This document shows positions 19,051 through 28,647 of a stretch of 38,730 bases of DNA, in pieces. Each line of letters begins with the position of its first letter. The stretch's first letter is position 1. The notes below the pieces were generated by a model. The model saw only the letters and a list, made by a program, of their open reading frames with translations. It was not told the origin of the DNA and searched no databases. The DNA is from a virus. Lineage: Duplodnaviria > Caudoviricetes. The position numbers and the translations under genes were made by a program. The stretch is from positions 1-38,730 of IMG/VR virus record IMGVR_UViG_3300027830_000004; one strand, given 5' to 3'.

Positions 19051-19437
19051 ATGTACGCATACATTGTAAACAACAAAATTAGTGAAATTTACCCTTCAAA
19101 TGAGAAGCCAGGTAAATGTATTAAAATGCCTGATGATTACTGGTTATCGGAAACTCATGATTATAAGTATGATCCTGAAACCGATTCAATTGTAGAAGAT
19201 TTTAATCCACCAGGTCCTCCAGTTCCAACTCAAGAGGAACTCGATGAATATGATCTCACTGCTCTAAGACAAGAAAGAGATGTATATTTGGGTGCGACAG
19301 ACTGGGTTGTGACAAGGGCAGCTGAAACAGGTGAACCAGAACCAGCTGAATGGAAAAAATATCGACAGGATCTCAGAGACATTACCAAGACATATAAAAA
19401 CCAGCACGAAGTTGTCTGGCCAACTCCTCCATCATAA
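19051..19437 (+). CDS. Phage tail fibre assembly chaperone, 128 aa
   Basis: LRQERD.YL..TDW......E......W..YRQ.LRDI.......V.WPTPP; AGGAG SD; directly follows a fibre. Confidence 0.85.
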   Translation: MYAYIVNNKISEIYPSNEKPGKCIKMPDDYWLSETHDYKYDPETDSIVEDFNPPGPPVPTQEELDEYDLTALRQERDVYLGATDWVVTRAAETGEPEPAEWKKYRQDLRDITKTYKNQHEVVWPTPPS

Positions 19438-19440
19438 ATA
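19434..19440 (+). promoter_or_regulatory. T4-like late promoter ATAAATA
   Basis: ATAAATAACTAAAAAG overlaps the stop codon and precedes ATG 19455. Confidence 0.75.
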
Positions 19441-19454
19441 ACTAAAAAGTAATA

Positions 19455-20414
19455 ATGGCATTTACTCGGATACTTGGTCCAGGTATTCATACCGCATCCA
19501 ATATAAACAGTCATAATATAAAGTCTACAGGTATTATTACTGCAGTATCCTTTGTAGGTGATGGATCTGGATTAACTGGTGTTGCGTCTACTGACAACAT
19601 CATTACTGGAACTGCTGCAACATTCAACACATATCCAGTTGATATTAATGCGGGAATGACTGTTGCTGGTGTATCCTCTTTTGCATCTGCAATATCTGGA
19701 ACCACTGCAAACTTTAGTGGTAATGTAAGTGTTGGTGGAGTCTTAACATACGAAGATGTCAAGAACGTAGATTCACTAGGCATCATTACAGCAAGGTCTG
19801 GTGTAGATGTAGATGACTTTTTAGATGTTGGAAGTAATATTAAATTAGGAAATGCAGGTGTTATCACTGCTACAACATTTAAAGGTGATGGTGACTTTGT
19901 AGAATTAGATGTAGATGGTCATACAAATTTAGATAATGTAAACGTTGCTGGTGTAACAACTTTTGCAAGCACTGTAAATGCAGGGACTATAAATGCTACA
20001 TTATTCAGTGGTGCTTCACAAATCGGTATTCAATCTGCAGGTACTCAAATTGGTGCTGGTATTACTCAACTTAATTTTGTAGGAACAGGTAATACATTTG
20101 CAGTTAATGGAACCACAGTAGATATTAGTATTGCAGGTGGTGGTGGAGCTGGTGCTGGTGGAACTTGGAGTACATACACCGCTGGTATTGCAACCACTAA
20201 ATCAGTTGGAGTTAACACATCAAATCTTGACGATACTGATTTAACTGGTATTGGTAATTCATTCAAAGGATTATACATAAGCAATGGAATGATTGTTCAT
20301 GATAATGTGTTGAATGGTAATCATTATATTGGAACTTCGATGAATGGTTTAATGGCAGGTCCAGTAACTATTGATGGTAATCTTGAAATTGACGGTAATT
20401 ATGTCGTCGTATAA
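19455..20414 (+). CDS. Short fibre/adaptor protein, 319 aa
   Basis: Shared modules; C-terminal NGLMAGPVTIDGNLEIDGNYVVV motif. Confidence 0.8.
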   Translation: MAFTRILGPGIHTASNINSHNIKSTGIITAVSFVGDGSGLTGVASTDNIITGTAATFNTYPVDINAGMTVAGVSSFASAISGTTANFSGNVSVGGVLTYEDVKNVDSLGIITARSGVDVDDFLDVGSNIKLGNAGVITATTFKGDGDFVELDVDGHTNLDNVNVAGVTTFASTVNAGTINATLFSGASQIGIQSAGTQIGAGITQLNFVGTGNTFAVNGTTVDISIAGGGGAGAGGTWSTYTAGIATTKSVGVNTSNLDDTDLTGIGNSFKGLYISNGMIVHDNVLNGNHYIGTSMNGLMAGPVTIDGNLEIDGNYVVV

Positions 20415-20420
20415 TAAATA
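20414..20420 (+). promoter_or_regulatory. T4-like late promoter ATAAATA
   Basis: Immediately after the stop, 13 nt upstream of ATG 20434. Confidence 0.7.
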
Positions 20421-20433
20421 AAAATAAAATCAT

Positions 20434-22809
20434 ATGTCAGCGATAAGTCAAAAAAGTATATCTGGTATCACAAGTATCACATCCCCTGCAGGTACTGATG
20501 ATCAAATTTCGCTGCATACAAGTAATACAAACGAAGCATTAAAAATAGATGGTGCTGGTAATCTTCATCTTAACAATCATGTAAACACAACTGGTGTTAC
20601 AACAGCATCAAATTTTAAAACAGGTTCATCAAATTTACATAGTACTGGATTAACTGTTGGTGATACTTTTGTTCATTCAACGGGTGTAAATGGATCGTCT
20701 ATGGATGTAGATGATTTTATAAGTGTAGGTACTAATATTCATCTTGGTAATGCAGGTGTTATCACTGCAACATCATTTAGTGGTGATGGTTCAAATTTAA
20801 CTTCTTTACCTGCTGGATTAGGAACAGCATTAAGTAGCACTCAAACAGATCCGTTAAACAAACTGTATTACACTAATCAGGTTCTTGGTGTTGGTGCAAC
20901 AATTACAGTTGATCCTCCTGAATCAGCATCAGCAGCATATACTCAATATGCAGATATTAAAGTTGATAGTGATGCTGATTTAATTATTGCAGAAGGCGAT
21001 GACTTAATACCTGATGTTTTAGGGTTAGCAGACTTTGGAAACTTTGGTGGTGGTGCAAGTGCAGGTAGAATTCGTGTTAATTCAATCACAAACGCAGCAG
21101 CAAATGGTGCAACAACAATTCAGAATGGTGTTGTAATATCTGGAATGACCACTATCACAGGTGGATTATCTATTGGTGGTACGATAACTTATGAAGATGT
21201 AACTAACATAGATTCAATCGGAATCATAACAGCACGTTCAGGTGTAGACGTAGATGATTTTGTAAGTGTTGGAAGTAATATTCATCTTGGAAATGCAGGA
21301 ATTATAACAGCATCATCGTATCGTGGTGATGGATCACAATTAACTGGAATTGTTGCTGATAAAATATTTGAAGGAAATACAGAGGTAGAAACTATAGATA
21401 CGGGTTCTGATGGTCATGTAAAAATCACAACCGAAGGTGCTGAAAGACTTCGCATCACATCAAGTGGTGCGGTGATGATAAACACTACCAACTCATCATC
21501 AAGAACATTAAATCTTAATGGAACTTTTGGAATACTAAGCACTAACCAGAGTGGTGTACTTGATATGTCTGTAACTGATGCTGGTGCTGCATCAATTGGA
21601 CCATATGTCGCTGGTGGTTCAACATTAATATTAAAAACTAATGCATCTGGTTCAGGTGTTGCAGAAAGACTTCGCATCACATCTGATGGTAAAATTGGCA
21701 TAAACGACTCCACTCCCTCTGTTACCTTAGAAACAGTTGGACATAACCAAGTTACATTTGGAAGTATGCCAGAAACCATAATCTCGTATGGTACTGCCTC
21801 TGCATATAACTCTGGGTCTGCTGGTTCTGGTATTCAATTTGGAGGATATTATAATTCAACACCAGAGTACACAATTTTTGCTGGTGTTCATGGTGTAAAA
21901 CAAGACACTGGTAATGGAACTTATGGAGGAGCATTAATTCTCTCTGTTCGACAAAATAATACATCTAGTTTTGAGAGAATGAGAGTTTCTCAATATGGTA
22001 CTATAACCAATACTACAACTTCTTCACACTCTCAAGGAGCAGGAACATTTAATATTAAGGGAGTCATCAATCAATATTCTCAAGGAAGTGGAAGTGGATT
22101 GATATTTGACTGTGACTTTGGAAGATTAAGTTATTCTGATAATGCTGGTATAGGAAATGGAACTAATTTATCTGCTGCTTTGGCACATTCAACAACAGAT
22201 TGGACAAGTAGTAGCAGTAATATACCAATGACTGTAAACAATGGTTCGTTTAACTATAGAGTAGGATTTGGTGGGTACTTAGATTGTGTGTCAAACGAAG
22301 GTAGAGTGTCTATTGCAGCAGGAAGTGGATCTCCAAATATGGCAGAAAAATTAAATACCGCATCTATGACAATTGAATCTTGGATTTGGTATGACGGTGC
22401 TGGTAGAGAGGTGATAGTATCAAGATATGGAGGTGGATTCCCAAATCAATTTAATATGATTGCTGATCCAAATGGTCAGTTCCACTATAATAATAGTGGA
22501 GTTGGTGCTGGATCTGGTGATGTAGCTGGACAACATTTCCCTGATAAAACTTGGCATCATCATGTATGGCAGTATGATAGTGGTAATAATGTGAATAGGT
22601 GGTATATCAATGGTGCATTTGCTAACTCTAGAAGTGCTGGAAGTTCTCTTGCAGTAAGTAGTGCGACTGGATTTGCTATTGCATCAAGAGCAGATGACTA
22701 TGAAAGATGGGATGGTAAGATTGCTGTTGTAAGAATATATAATCGTGCATTGTCAGCAGCAGAAATCAAGAATCACTTTGAACTTGACCGTGGTAGGTTC
22801 GGAGTATAA
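20434..22809 (+). CDS. Tail fibre with a C-terminal LamG/concanavalin A-like lectin domain, 791 aa
   Basis: MTIESWI...WHHHVWQYD...RWYING...WDGKIAVVRIYNRALSAAEI (about 22366-22809); shared fibre modules. Confidence 0.85.
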   Translation: MSAISQKSISGITSITSPAGTDDQISLHTSNTNEALKIDGAGNLHLNNHVNTTGVTTASNFKTGSSNLHSTGLTVGDTFVHSTGVNGSSMDVDDFISVGTNIHLGNAGVITATSFSGDGSNLTSLPAGLGTALSSTQTDPLNKLYYTNQVLGVGATITVDPPESASAAYTQYADIKVDSDADLIIAEGDDLIPDVLGLADFGNFGGGASAGRIRVNSITNAAANGATTIQNGVVISGMTTITGGLSIGGTITYEDVTNIDSIGIITARSGVDVDDFVSVGSNIHLGNAGIITASSYRGDGSQLTGIVADKIFEGNTEVETIDTGSDGHVKITTEGAERLRITSSGAVMINTTNSSSRTLNLNGTFGILSTNQSGVLDMSVTDAGAASIGPYVAGGSTLILKTNASGSGVAERLRITSDGKIGINDSTPSVTLETVGHNQVTFGSMPETIISYGTASAYNSGSAGSGIQFGGYYNSTPEYTIFAGVHGVKQDTGNGTYGGALILSVRQNNTSSFERMRVSQYGTITNTTTSSHSQGAGTFNIKGVINQYSQGSGSGLIFDCDFGRLSYSDNAGIGNGTNLSAALAHSTTDWTSSSSNIPMTVNNGSFNYRVGFGGYLDCVSNEGRVSIAAGSGSPNMAEKLNTASMTIESWIWYDGAGREVIVSRYGGGFPNQFNMIADPNGQFHYNNSGVGAGSGDVAGQHFPDKTWHHHVWQYDSGNNVNRWYINGAFANSRSAGSSLAVSSATGFAIASRADDYERWDGKIAVVRIYNRALSAAEIKNHFELDRGRFGV

Positions 22810-22813
22810 CATC

Positions 22814-22820
22814 ATAAATA
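22814..22820 (+). promoter_or_regulatory. T4-like late promoter ATAAATA
   Basis: ATAAATAATCAAAAAG precedes ATG 22833. Confidence 0.75.
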
Positions 22821-22832
22821 ATCAAAAAGTAA

Positions 22833-24332
22833 ATGTCTAGAATAAGAACTAATCTTATAACAAACAGAATGGCAAACGGAGCACCTACCGTTTCTCATGG
22901 ATTAGTTATATCTGGAGTTACTACAGTCACAGGAAGTATTAATAATTTAAATCTCACTGGTATTACAACTTCTATTCAACATCAAGCTACGAATATTAAT
23001 GTAACAGGTGTTGTTACTGCAACAACTTTTTCTGGTTCTGGTGCAAGTTTAACAAATTTAAATGGTTCTAATATCGCATCAGGAACAGTTCCTGTAGCGA
23101 GAATCGGAACTGGAACCAAGAGTACTTCAACGTTCTACCGTGGTGATGGTACATTTGCAACAGTAACATCAACAACAATAAACAATAACGCAGACAATCG
23201 AGTAATTACTGGTTCAGGAAGTGCAAATACTTTAGAAGGTGAAGCAAATTTTACTTATAATTCTGATGTTGCAACTCTTACTAGATCAGGTAATGATAAT
23301 GCAAGTGGTCTTGTAATTGCCAATTCAAACAATTCGCAAGGAAGTGCTATTGCACAAGTAGAGATACAAGGTGGTGATAATGCCTCTGGAAGATTAAAAT
23401 TGGAATGCAGTGGTCAAAATCATACTTTGATTGAGGACTCTACAGGTAATTTATCAATTGAAGATAATGGCACAGAAAGACTTCGCATCGCATCATCTTA
23501 TGCAAGAATTGGTATTAATACGACTACTTTTGATACTGCTGGATCTCAAATAAAAATTGAGGGTCGAGGTGCTGGTACAACATCTCCTGCATATTTACAA
23601 ATAAAAGGTGTTGGTTCTGGTGTTGTCCACGCTTATGTTGATTTAATCGCTACTTCTGCGAACAATGCTGGATCTGCATATAGAGGACTTGGTGTTGTAA
23701 TGCTTGATGAACCAACGAATGTTGAATGGTTTTCTGGAAGACCTTATGCAGGTTCAGACGAATATATTATTAGTAGAAAAGCATCTCCTTCATATCGAAC
23801 ACAGTCAGGAGAGAAAGCAAATGCACTTTTTAAAGTTGGTAGTGATGGTAAACTATATAAAGGTGGAGACCAATTCTATCCACTTGTAAATTATTCTACG
23901 TATGCTACCTTTAGTGCTGTAAGTGTTTCTTCTAATTCTTATACTGATTTAAGAACAATACTGTCAAGTTATACTCCTAAAAAAGCAGGTAATCTGATTG
24001 TGATACACCATCAATCACAATGTTGGCAGGGTTCTAGTGCTACTGGCAATGGTGATGCGATGTGGAAGATTCAAAAACAAGAAGGTGGTGGAAGTTGGTC
24101 TGATGTGATTGCAAACGAGCGTATTATGGGTAACATGGATGGTCGAAATTATACTGGAGATAGTGGACTAGCAAGACATCATCGTACAGTTCACCTAATG
24201 GGTAGTTTTGAATGTGCTGGAACTTCAATTAGTTTGAAAACTCAAGGTAAAGTAGACTTTACAAGTCCTGGTTTACAATGGTATCATAATAATGAAAACA
24301 TACTCCAAGTTTGGGAATACGGGAAAGGTTAA
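22833..24332 (+). CDS. Tail fibre protein, 499 aa
   Basis: MSRIR.N.ITN N-terminus; SNIASGTVP, TINNNADNR and ERLRI modules; YTPKK...LIVI...LQVWEY tip domain. Confidence 0.85.
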   Translation: MSRIRTNLITNRMANGAPTVSHGLVISGVTTVTGSINNLNLTGITTSIQHQATNINVTGVVTATTFSGSGASLTNLNGSNIASGTVPVARIGTGTKSTSTFYRGDGTFATVTSTTINNNADNRVITGSGSANTLEGEANFTYNSDVATLTRSGNDNASGLVIANSNNSQGSAIAQVEIQGGDNASGRLKLECSGQNHTLIEDSTGNLSIEDNGTERLRIASSYARIGINTTTFDTAGSQIKIEGRGAGTTSPAYLQIKGVGSGVVHAYVDLIATSANNAGSAYRGLGVVMLDEPTNVEWFSGRPYAGSDEYIISRKASPSYRTQSGEKANALFKVGSDGKLYKGGDQFYPLVNYSTYATFSAVSVSSNSYTDLRTILSSYTPKKAGNLIVIHHQSQCWQGSSATGNGDAMWKIQKQEGGGSWSDVIANERIMGNMDGRNYTGDSGLARHHRTVHLMGSFECAGTSISLKTQGKVDFTSPGLQWYHNNENILQVWEYGKG

Positions 24333-24334
24333 TC

Positions 24335-24751
24335 ATGTACGATCATTTAATCTCACAAACACTTATTGGTATTGGTATTACACAATTTAGATTTGATACA
24401 GGTATTGTAGATGAATCTACTTACTTATCAAAATGTCAAGAGGTTGTTGGTGTCACAACAGACACTAATGAAGCAATTCTTAGTACACCATCTAAAGACT
24501 GGGCAACTTTCAAGGCAAAGTATGATGACTTGCAAACAAAATTTCCGATGGAAGAATTAAGAACGGTAAGAAATATGAAACTTACTGAAACTGATTGGTC
24601 TCAATTAGGTGATGTTCCTGTTGGAATTAAAACAACATATGAATCATATCGTCAATCACTTAGAGATCTTCCATCAAGTGCAAATCCAAGTTTAAATGAA
24701 AAAGGTTATCTTGATGATTCATCAGTTACTTGGCCAACGAAACCATCATAA
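24335..24751 (+). CDS. Phage tail fibre assembly chaperone, 138 aa
   Basis: LR.VRN.KL.ETDWSQL.D......Y..YRQSLRDLP...V.WPTKP. ATG 24335 (after AAGG) is preferred over TTG 24311. Confidence 0.88.
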   Translation: MYDHLISQTLIGIGITQFRFDTGIVDESTYLSKCQEVVGVTTDTNEAILSTPSKDWATFKAKYDDLQTKFPMEELRTVRNMKLTETDWSQLGDVPVGIKTTYESYRQSLRDLPSSANPSLNEKGYLDDSSVTWPTKPS

Positions 24752-24754
24752 ATA
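24748..24754 (+). promoter_or_regulatory. T4-like late promoter ATAAATA
   Basis: ATAAATAATCAGAAAG overlaps the stop codon and precedes ATG 24768. Confidence 0.75.
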
Positions 24755-24767
24755 ATCAGAAAGATAT

Positions 24768-26495
24768 ATGTCCAGAATAAGAGCCAATAAAATAACTAAT
24801 CAATTAGCGGATGGATCACCTACCGTTGAGAATGGTCTTATTATATCTGGAATTACAACTTCAACAACATTCAGTGGTAGTGGTGCAAGTTTAACTAATT
24901 TAAATGCATCAAATATAGCATCAGGCACAGTTCCTACTGCTAGATTGGGTTCTGGAACTGCAAGTTCATCAACATTCTTGAGAGGAGACTCAACATTCCA
25001 AACAGTTAATACAGATTTAGTTTCTGACAGCTCACCGCAGCTGGGAGGTAACTTAGATTGTAATAACAAAAATATAAGTCTTAATGATTCTACTGGTGGT
25101 ACTAACAATAGAATTAAAATTGGAACTAATGATGACCTACAACTTTGGCATAATGCCAGTACAGGAAATAGTAATGTAAGTAATTACAATGGAGATCTTT
25201 ATATACAAGGTAATAATGGAAGTGGTACTGGTGTAAATCAAATAGCTATTAAGTCTAATGCGGCTGTTGAATTAAATTATCAGGGAACTAAGAAATTTGA
25301 AACAAGTAGTTCGGGAGCTACCGTAACTGGAACTCTGACTGCAACTTCTTTCAGTGGTAGTGGTGTAAACTTAACTAGTCTACGAGCCAATCGAAATCTT
25401 ATAATTAACGGTGATTGTTCCGTGTGTCAATATCGAGGTATTACTGGAGAGACTACTGGTGTAGGTATATTAACAACTGACAGATGGAAACTTGAATATT
25501 CTGGTCACGATGAAGCGATTACACAAGAACATCGAAATAATCCTGTATCTGATGCACCATCTAAACTAGGTATATCACATAGTTTTCAAGTAAAGAATGG
25601 TAATCAGACTTCAACTGGTTCTAGCGATTATTGTAGAATAGTTTATACAATAGAATCACAATACATGAGAAATTCTGGTTGGGATTTTCAAAATTCAAAC
25701 TCTTATGTTACTTTATCTTTTTGGGTAAAATCTAGTGTAAGTAAGAACTTTTATGGAATGGTATTTTGTCAAGATAGTCCATTTTTGCAACGTTCTTTTG
25801 AGACAGGTACATTATCTGCTAACACTTGGACAAAAGTAGAAATATCAATTCCTGGTTATTCGACTATGAACTTTGACCATAATGAAGGTCCAGGTTTTAT
25901 TATCTATTGGTATTTGTATGCTCCAACTTCCTATACTTCTGGTAATGGTCCTTTAAATACATGGATGGGTTATAACTCAACCAAATTTACTCCTACCGAT
26001 TCTGATGCTTGGTGGACAGCTGATAACGCAACCTTTGATATTACAGGAGTTCAACTTGAAGTTGGAAGTGTAGCGACTCCGTTTGAATTAAAAAATTACG
26101 ATCAAAATCTTTGGGAATGTAAAAGATATTACCAACGATCAACTGACCAAAACCGTGGAGCTAATTACTCATTAGAAACATCTACTTGGCATTCTGCTGA
26201 TGGTGTACAGAGTTTTAGTAAACATAATAACTATTATGACTTTAAACAAAACTTTGAGCGTGAAATGAGAGTCCCTCCAACTCTTACAATTTATGGGTCA
26301 TCTAATCAAGGTGATATTCACCTTGAAAGTATCGCTGTTGGAAGTAAACAGGTTGATTGGAATAATAATACAACAGAGGTGCAAACCAAAGGTTTTTTAC
26401 TCAGACATATTGAAGACCAAAGTTCTGGCAACTACACAAGTGGTTCTGGTAATGCTTTTGGTATTCTAGCTTACACATTAGACGCAGAATTTTAA
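24768..26495 (+). CDS. Tail fibre with a carbohydrate-binding-like C-terminal region, 575 aa
   Basis: RNLIINGD...DRW...VTLSFWVKS...ITGVQLEVGSVATPFE...CKRYYQ pattern; MSRIR N-terminus. Confidence 0.85.
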   Translation: MSRIRANKITNQLADGSPTVENGLIISGITTSTTFSGSGASLTNLNASNIASGTVPTARLGSGTASSSTFLRGDSTFQTVNTDLVSDSSPQLGGNLDCNNKNISLNDSTGGTNNRIKIGTNDDLQLWHNASTGNSNVSNYNGDLYIQGNNGSGTGVNQIAIKSNAAVELNYQGTKKFETSSSGATVTGTLTATSFSGSGVNLTSLRANRNLIINGDCSVCQYRGITGETTGVGILTTDRWKLEYSGHDEAITQEHRNNPVSDAPSKLGISHSFQVKNGNQTSTGSSDYCRIVYTIESQYMRNSGWDFQNSNSYVTLSFWVKSSVSKNFYGMVFCQDSPFLQRSFETGTLSANTWTKVEISIPGYSTMNFDHNEGPGFIIYWYLYAPTSYTSGNGPLNTWMGYNSTKFTPTDSDAWWTADNATFDITGVQLEVGSVATPFELKNYDQNLWECKRYYQRSTDQNRGANYSLETSTWHSADGVQSFSKHNNYYDFKQNFEREMRVPPTLTIYGSSNQGDIHLESIAVGSKQVDWNNNTTEVQTKGFLLRHIEDQSSGNYTSGSGNAFGILAYTLDAEF

Positions 26496-26497
26496 CT

Positions 26498-26659
26498 ATG
26501 GCTTACGCTTACAAAAAAATGAAAAATGAGGATGGTACTGAACAAAATTACATCCTTGCTGAAAAAGGTATGGTAATACCAAAACATCCAGAAAATAGAC
26601 ATTACCAGGAATACCTTGAATGGGTCGCTGCTGGAAATACACCAGCAGAGGCAGATTAA
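26498..26659 (+). CDS. Small fibre-associated chaperone-like protein, 53 aa (absent from the ORF track)
   Basis: Hand translation gives MAYAYKKMKNEDGTEQNYILAEKGMVIPKHPENRHYQEYLEWVAAGNTPAEAD*, with an IP..P.N..YQ.YL.W...GN.P motif. It fills the gap 2 nt after the fibre stop. Confidence 0.85.
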   Translation: MAYAYKKMKNEDGTEQNYILAEKGMVIPKHPENRHYQEYLEWVAAGNTPAEAD

Positions 26660-26673
26660 CTTAGTGTTAATTA

Positions 26674-26680
26674 ATAAATA
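26674..26680 (+). promoter_or_regulatory. T4-like late promoter ATAAATA
   Basis: ATAAATAATCAAAAAG precedes ATG 26696. Confidence 0.75.
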
Positions 26681-26695
26681 ATCAAAAAGATATAA

Positions 26696-28621
26696 ATGAC
26701 ATCCGAGATACGAGTTAATAAAATTAATAACCGTGCTGGGCTGGGTACTGTAGAGTACACTCCCACAGGTATTATAGTATCTGGAATTGTCACTGCTTAT
26801 GAGTTTGATGGAAACTTTGATACAACACCAGGCATTGTTGTAACAGGAATCGCAACTGCAGCAGGAATAGATTTAAATGGTGATTTAGATGTAGATGGTC
26901 ATACAAATTTAGATAATTTAAGTGTTGCTGGAGTATCTACATTTTCTAGTAATATAACACTTAATGGTGGACTAGTTGCAAGTAGTACAGTAAATGCAGG
27001 ACAAATTTTAGTTGGTACTGGTGTTACAATCGAAGCAAATCAAGTTGCAACTGGACAGGCAACATTCACTGGTATCGTAACTGCATCACATTTTTATGGT
27101 AATGGTGCAAACTTAACTGCTTTAAACGCATCAAACATATCATCAGGAACAGTTCCGTCTGCAAGATTAGGTTCTGGAACTGCAAGTTCCTCTACATTTC
27201 TTGCTGGAGACTCTACATTTAAAACAGTAACAGGAACAACAATAAACAACAATGCAGATAATAGATTAATAACTGGTTCGGGAAGTGCAAATACTTTAAA
27301 TGCAGAATCAAACTTAACTTTTGATGGAACTACTTTACAAGTTGAAAATTCTGGTTCAGGATTAAGAAATTTACTAAGACTTAAAAATAGCAATGCAAGT
27401 GCTGGTGTATCAGGTTTATATTTTAATAGCACTACATCAGGTACAGCGTTTGATGCTGCCTGTGTTCGTAATGGAGTTAATGGATCAGGGCAGGGAAGAT
27501 TATATCTACAAACTAACAACGGTAGCGGATTAGTAACTAATTTAAATATAGAGTATGATGGACAAGTTTCTATACCTACCAATTCACTTAATATTATTGA
27601 TAGTATTGTTCATATTGGAGATACTGATACAAAGATAAGATTTCCTTCTGATAATCAAATTTCATTTGAAACTGGTGGTGCGGAAAGATTTCGCATCAAC
27701 AATATTGGTCATGTAACTGTTAACGCAACTTCATATCAAGCTCTCACTATAACGACAAGTGAAAATGGAACAAATGGACCAGAAATACAACTAATGCATA
27801 ATTCTGCATCTCCTGCTGCAAATGATACTATTGGTCAATTAAGATATAGTGGAAAAGATAGTGCTGGTGATACAACACTTTTTAGTAAAATAGAAACAAA
27901 AGCAACTACTGTCACAAATGGGTCAGAAACTGGACATATAGATTTCTCTACAAGAGGAGGTGGAGCATACAATAGTATGTTCCGTTTGAGTGCTAGAGGC
28001 ACTGCAAGTGCTCCAAGTTATACTACAGATGATATGAATGGTATCATTCTTGATACCTATAATACAGGAAATCCATATCCAAGATATTTCAATTTCATCG
28101 CCAAAGCTGCTGGCAATACTGATAGTAATATAGGGTTCTGGACTGAAGCAGTTGGTGGTTCCCCAACTCAAAAAATGACTATTGACGCATCAGGAACTAT
28201 AACAACACCTCTGCACCCTATTTTTGCGACAAGAATTAATTATGTAAACTCATATGTAAGTTCTGGTACAAAAATTCAAATGAAAGCTGCTCATATTGAT
28301 ACAAGAAGTAGTTTTAGTGACGCAAATGATAGGTATGTTGCACCTGCTGCTGGAAGATATTTATTTTATTTCTTTTCAAATATTGATTATAATGGTGATG
28401 GAACAATTGCTGTTATATTTAGGAAAAATGGTTCAGATTTTACTTCTTCAGAGGGTGGTCATATCTACAGTTATGCACAAAATTCTGGATGGCATCTACT
28501 CAGTGGGCAGATAATTACAACTATGGCTGTAAATGATTATATGGAAGTTTTCACCTCAGCTAATAATATGAAAGTTGATGGAAATAGTTATGGTCAGTTT
28601 GGTGGATACATGATAGGATAA
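26696..28621 (+). CDS. Tail fibre with a C-terminal C1q/TNF-like domain, 641 aa
   Basis: PIFA...RYVAPAAGRYLFYF...MAVNDYMEVF...FGGYMIG; shared fibre modules. Confidence 0.85.
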   Translation: MTSEIRVNKINNRAGLGTVEYTPTGIIVSGIVTAYEFDGNFDTTPGIVVTGIATAAGIDLNGDLDVDGHTNLDNLSVAGVSTFSSNITLNGGLVASSTVNAGQILVGTGVTIEANQVATGQATFTGIVTASHFYGNGANLTALNASNISSGTVPSARLGSGTASSSTFLAGDSTFKTVTGTTINNNADNRLITGSGSANTLNAESNLTFDGTTLQVENSGSGLRNLLRLKNSNASAGVSGLYFNSTTSGTAFDAACVRNGVNGSGQGRLYLQTNNGSGLVTNLNIEYDGQVSIPTNSLNIIDSIVHIGDTDTKIRFPSDNQISFETGGAERFRINNIGHVTVNATSYQALTITTSENGTNGPEIQLMHNSASPAANDTIGQLRYSGKDSAGDTTLFSKIETKATTVTNGSETGHIDFSTRGGGAYNSMFRLSARGTASAPSYTTDDMNGIILDTYNTGNPYPRYFNFIAKAAGNTDSNIGFWTEAVGGSPTQKMTIDASGTITTPLHPIFATRINYVNSYVSSGTKIQMKAAHIDTRSSFSDANDRYVAPAAGRYLFYFFSNIDYNGDGTIAVIFRKNGSDFTSSEGGHIYSYAQNSGWHLLSGQIITTMAVNDYMEVFTSANNMKVDGNSYGQFGGYMIG

Positions 28622-28624
28622 ATA
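28618..28624 (+). promoter_or_regulatory. Possible late promoter ATAAATA
   Basis: Overlaps the stop of the 26696 gene; lacks the extended consensus. Confidence 0.5.
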
Positions 28625-28647
28625 AATGGAAGGAAGTTTTTAAAATT

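Noticed and set aside
24311-24334. TTG start for the chaperone gene
   Set aside because: It overlaps the fibre 3' end; ATG 24335, 2 nt after the stop and downstream of a purine-rich tract, is more plausible.
26655-26671. ATTAAC-N5-GTTAAT hairpin as a terminator
   Set aside because: The 6-bp AT-rich stem has no U-tract and is too weak to support a call.
13660-27697. Invertase/shufflon-type tail fibre switching
   Set aside because: All observed repeat copies and genes are in direct orientation, with no silent inverted tip cassettes and no invertase seen.
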